A stretch of 64,000 nt of DNA, taken from an uncultured virus (IMG/VR IMGVR_UViG_3300037189_025930). Taxonomy: Duplodnaviria > Heunggongvirae > Uroviricota > Caudoviricetes. This document shows, piece after piece, positions 62,460 to 64,000 of this stretch. Made by a program: the position numbers and the translations under genes. The notes below the pieces were generated by a model. That model was not told the DNA's origin and did no database searches. It saw only the letters and a list, made by a program, of their open reading frames with translations. Position 1 is the stretch's first letter, and every line of letters starts with the position of its first letter. The DNA lies in IMG/VR virus record IMGVR_UViG_3300037189_025930; one strand, written 5' to 3'.

Positions 62460-63205
62460 AGAGTAGGTGGGACAATGGGACCTAAATGAGCAGCGAGGAT
62501 CCTAAAATGATTACTCTCTGATTTCTGATTTATGCTCCTTTCCTCAACGATTAAAAACGATTAAAAACGATTAAAAAAGATTACAGAAGATTACAGAAGA
62601 TTACAAAAGATTAAAGATTCATTAAAAAGATTTGAAGAAGATTTAAATCATCTAATGAAAGTATAATATGGTGGGAGGGACAATGGGACCTAAATGAGCA
62701 AGAAGGATCCTAAAAAACGATTGGTTTTTATTAGGAATTAAAGGTGGATGGATTAGAAGATCAGAAGATTTCAGGGAATTGAAAGATTCTAGCGATTCTA
62801 ATAGTAGAAGATCTTTATTTTACTATATTGTTTATATCTTATATCTATCTTATTGGTTGATTATCTTATTAGTAGATAGATATATTGATATATCTATCTT
62901 ATTGTTATTGATTGATATTGATATATTTATCTTATTAGTTGATTATCTTATTAGTAGATATGGATATAACTATCTTATTGATATATCTATCTTATTAGTT
63001 GATTATCTTATTTGTGATATTTATCTTATTAGTTGTTATTGTATATTTGGATTGTTTATCTTATTAGTTGTTATAGATATATCTATCTTATTTCTGAGAG
63101 ACGATATTAGGAAAGGAGCATAAAGTTTTGGTGACAATCATCGAGAAAGGAGCATACAATTTAAGGTTAAGGAAAGGAGCATAAAGTTTTGGTGACGATC
63201 ATAAG
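62460..63205. repeat. non-coding repeat region at a divergent strand switch, candidate origin
   Basis: 24-bp repeat at 62469/62677; 10-bp tandems at 62547-62610; AGGAAAGGAGCATAAA at 63109/63170 with an inverted copy at 62529. Confidence 0.85.
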
Positions 63206-63309
63206 ATTTTATTTGGATTAGTTTTGAAACTGTTTTCTTTTTAGGTTTGTACATCTATACAAATTTATATTACTATATAATTAGTAAAAAAAATTGGTAG
63301 GAGAAAAGT

Positions 63310-64000
63310 ATGTTACAAGAGTTTGAAAAAAATAACATGGATCTTTCTTTAGAATTCCTTAAAAAGGAAGGAAAGAACGCTTTGACTCTCGGTAGGTTAG
63401 AGTATATTCTGGGACAGGTTAGTGAGTTTCACGAACGTCACGAAAAGATTAATCTTTCTTTTACTCTCAAGACTCCCAAGTTACATTTTATTTTTGGGAT
63501 CAGTGGGTTGGAGTTTAATAAAGAGGACAAGATTAGTGTTTTGAGAGTTTATAAAGGAACTCGGGAGGTTCAGAATAATCTATTAGAGCAGTATGATTTA
63601 AAAAGATTTAATTTTACTACAATTCTACAACAGATTGTGACTTCGTACGATTATTTAATTAAATCGTCTCAAAAAGATTTTGACATTATGAATCAAAATA
63701 TTGCTGATGGAGAAGAAAAAATTAAATCAATTATTTTTCCTGATTATCATAATCCAAAAGAATACGTTAGTGTAAATTCTCTTCAGGAAGAGATTGATAA
63801 GATTAAAAAGATTAGTCAAGATATTCCTGGTTTTGATTGGAAGACGATTCCTTGTTGTATTGAATCAACTTTTTTTCCAACTGGGTTTATGATGATTGAA
63901 ATAGCAGCGACTCTAAAAAATATGCAAGAAGAGACTTCTCCTTACATTGGAGCTTCTTTTGTGTGTGATTCTTTTAATCCAGAAGAAGTTTTATTTGATT
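63310..64000 (+). CDS. hypothetical protein, truncated by the window end
   Basis: promoter at about 63243, AGGAG SD, open frame MLQEFEKNNMDL... to the end. Confidence 0.75.
   Translation, partial: MLQEFEKNNMDLSLEFLKKEGKNALTLGRLEYILGQVSEFHERHEKINLSFTLKTPKLHFIFGISGLEFNKEDKISVLRVYKGTREVQNNLLEQYDLKRFNFTTILQQIVTSYDYLIKSSQKDFDIMNQNIADGEEKIKSIIFPDYHNPKEYVSVNSLQEEIDKIKKISQDIPGFDWKTIPCCIESTFFPTGFMMIEIAATLKNMQEETSPYIGASFVCDSFNPEEVLFD

Noticed and set aside
62779..63123. 114-aa hydrophobic ORF
   Set aside because: Translation of low-complexity TATCTTATT repeats with no RBS; probably non-coding.
1..64000. Stop-codon reassignment and tRNA genes
   Set aside because: Long conserved genes are intact in the standard code, all three stops are used, and I saw no cloverleaf or T-loop signatures.

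Overview
AT-rich segment of a large tailed dsDNA phage genome, read in the standard genetic code. I saw no tRNA, rRNA, CRISPR or integrase. Spirochaete-style lipoboxes, He_PIG-like Ig repeats and DUF1566-like genes hint at a Leptospira-like host (inference). Layout: (1) 1-13 kb, tail fibre/receptor-binding paralogues, two Gly-rich fibres and a 2OG-Fe(II) oxygenase. (2) 13-15.4 kb, lysis cassette. (3) 15.4-40.2 kb, minus-strand replication and nucleotide module: dNMP kinase, ThyX, DnaB, primase, sigma factor, a ThyA-fold enzyme with the dCMP-type Asp, DnaE split into two genes, a second NMP kinase, dUTPase, UvsE, and many small proteins sharing a C-terminal E-x-[LVI]-[IL] motif. (4) 40.3-41.05 kb, six-copy non-coding repeat. 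(5) 41.1-50.9 kb, about 19 single-gene cassettes in both orientations, each with the same promoter, an ATGAAAAGA-initiated leader that stays open, a Shine-Dalgarno site and a hairpin terminator, dominated by one modular protein family. (6) 52-62 kb, MoxR/CobS AAA ATPase, CobT-like vWA protein, GNAT, T5orf172 and lipoproteins. (7) 62.4-63.25 kb, origin-like repeat region. Most striking: the cassette array with dual (leaderless plus SD) initiation, and DnaE halves that appear to be joined by a catalytically dead split-intein remnant. All family assignments come from motif recognition by eye, not database searches.
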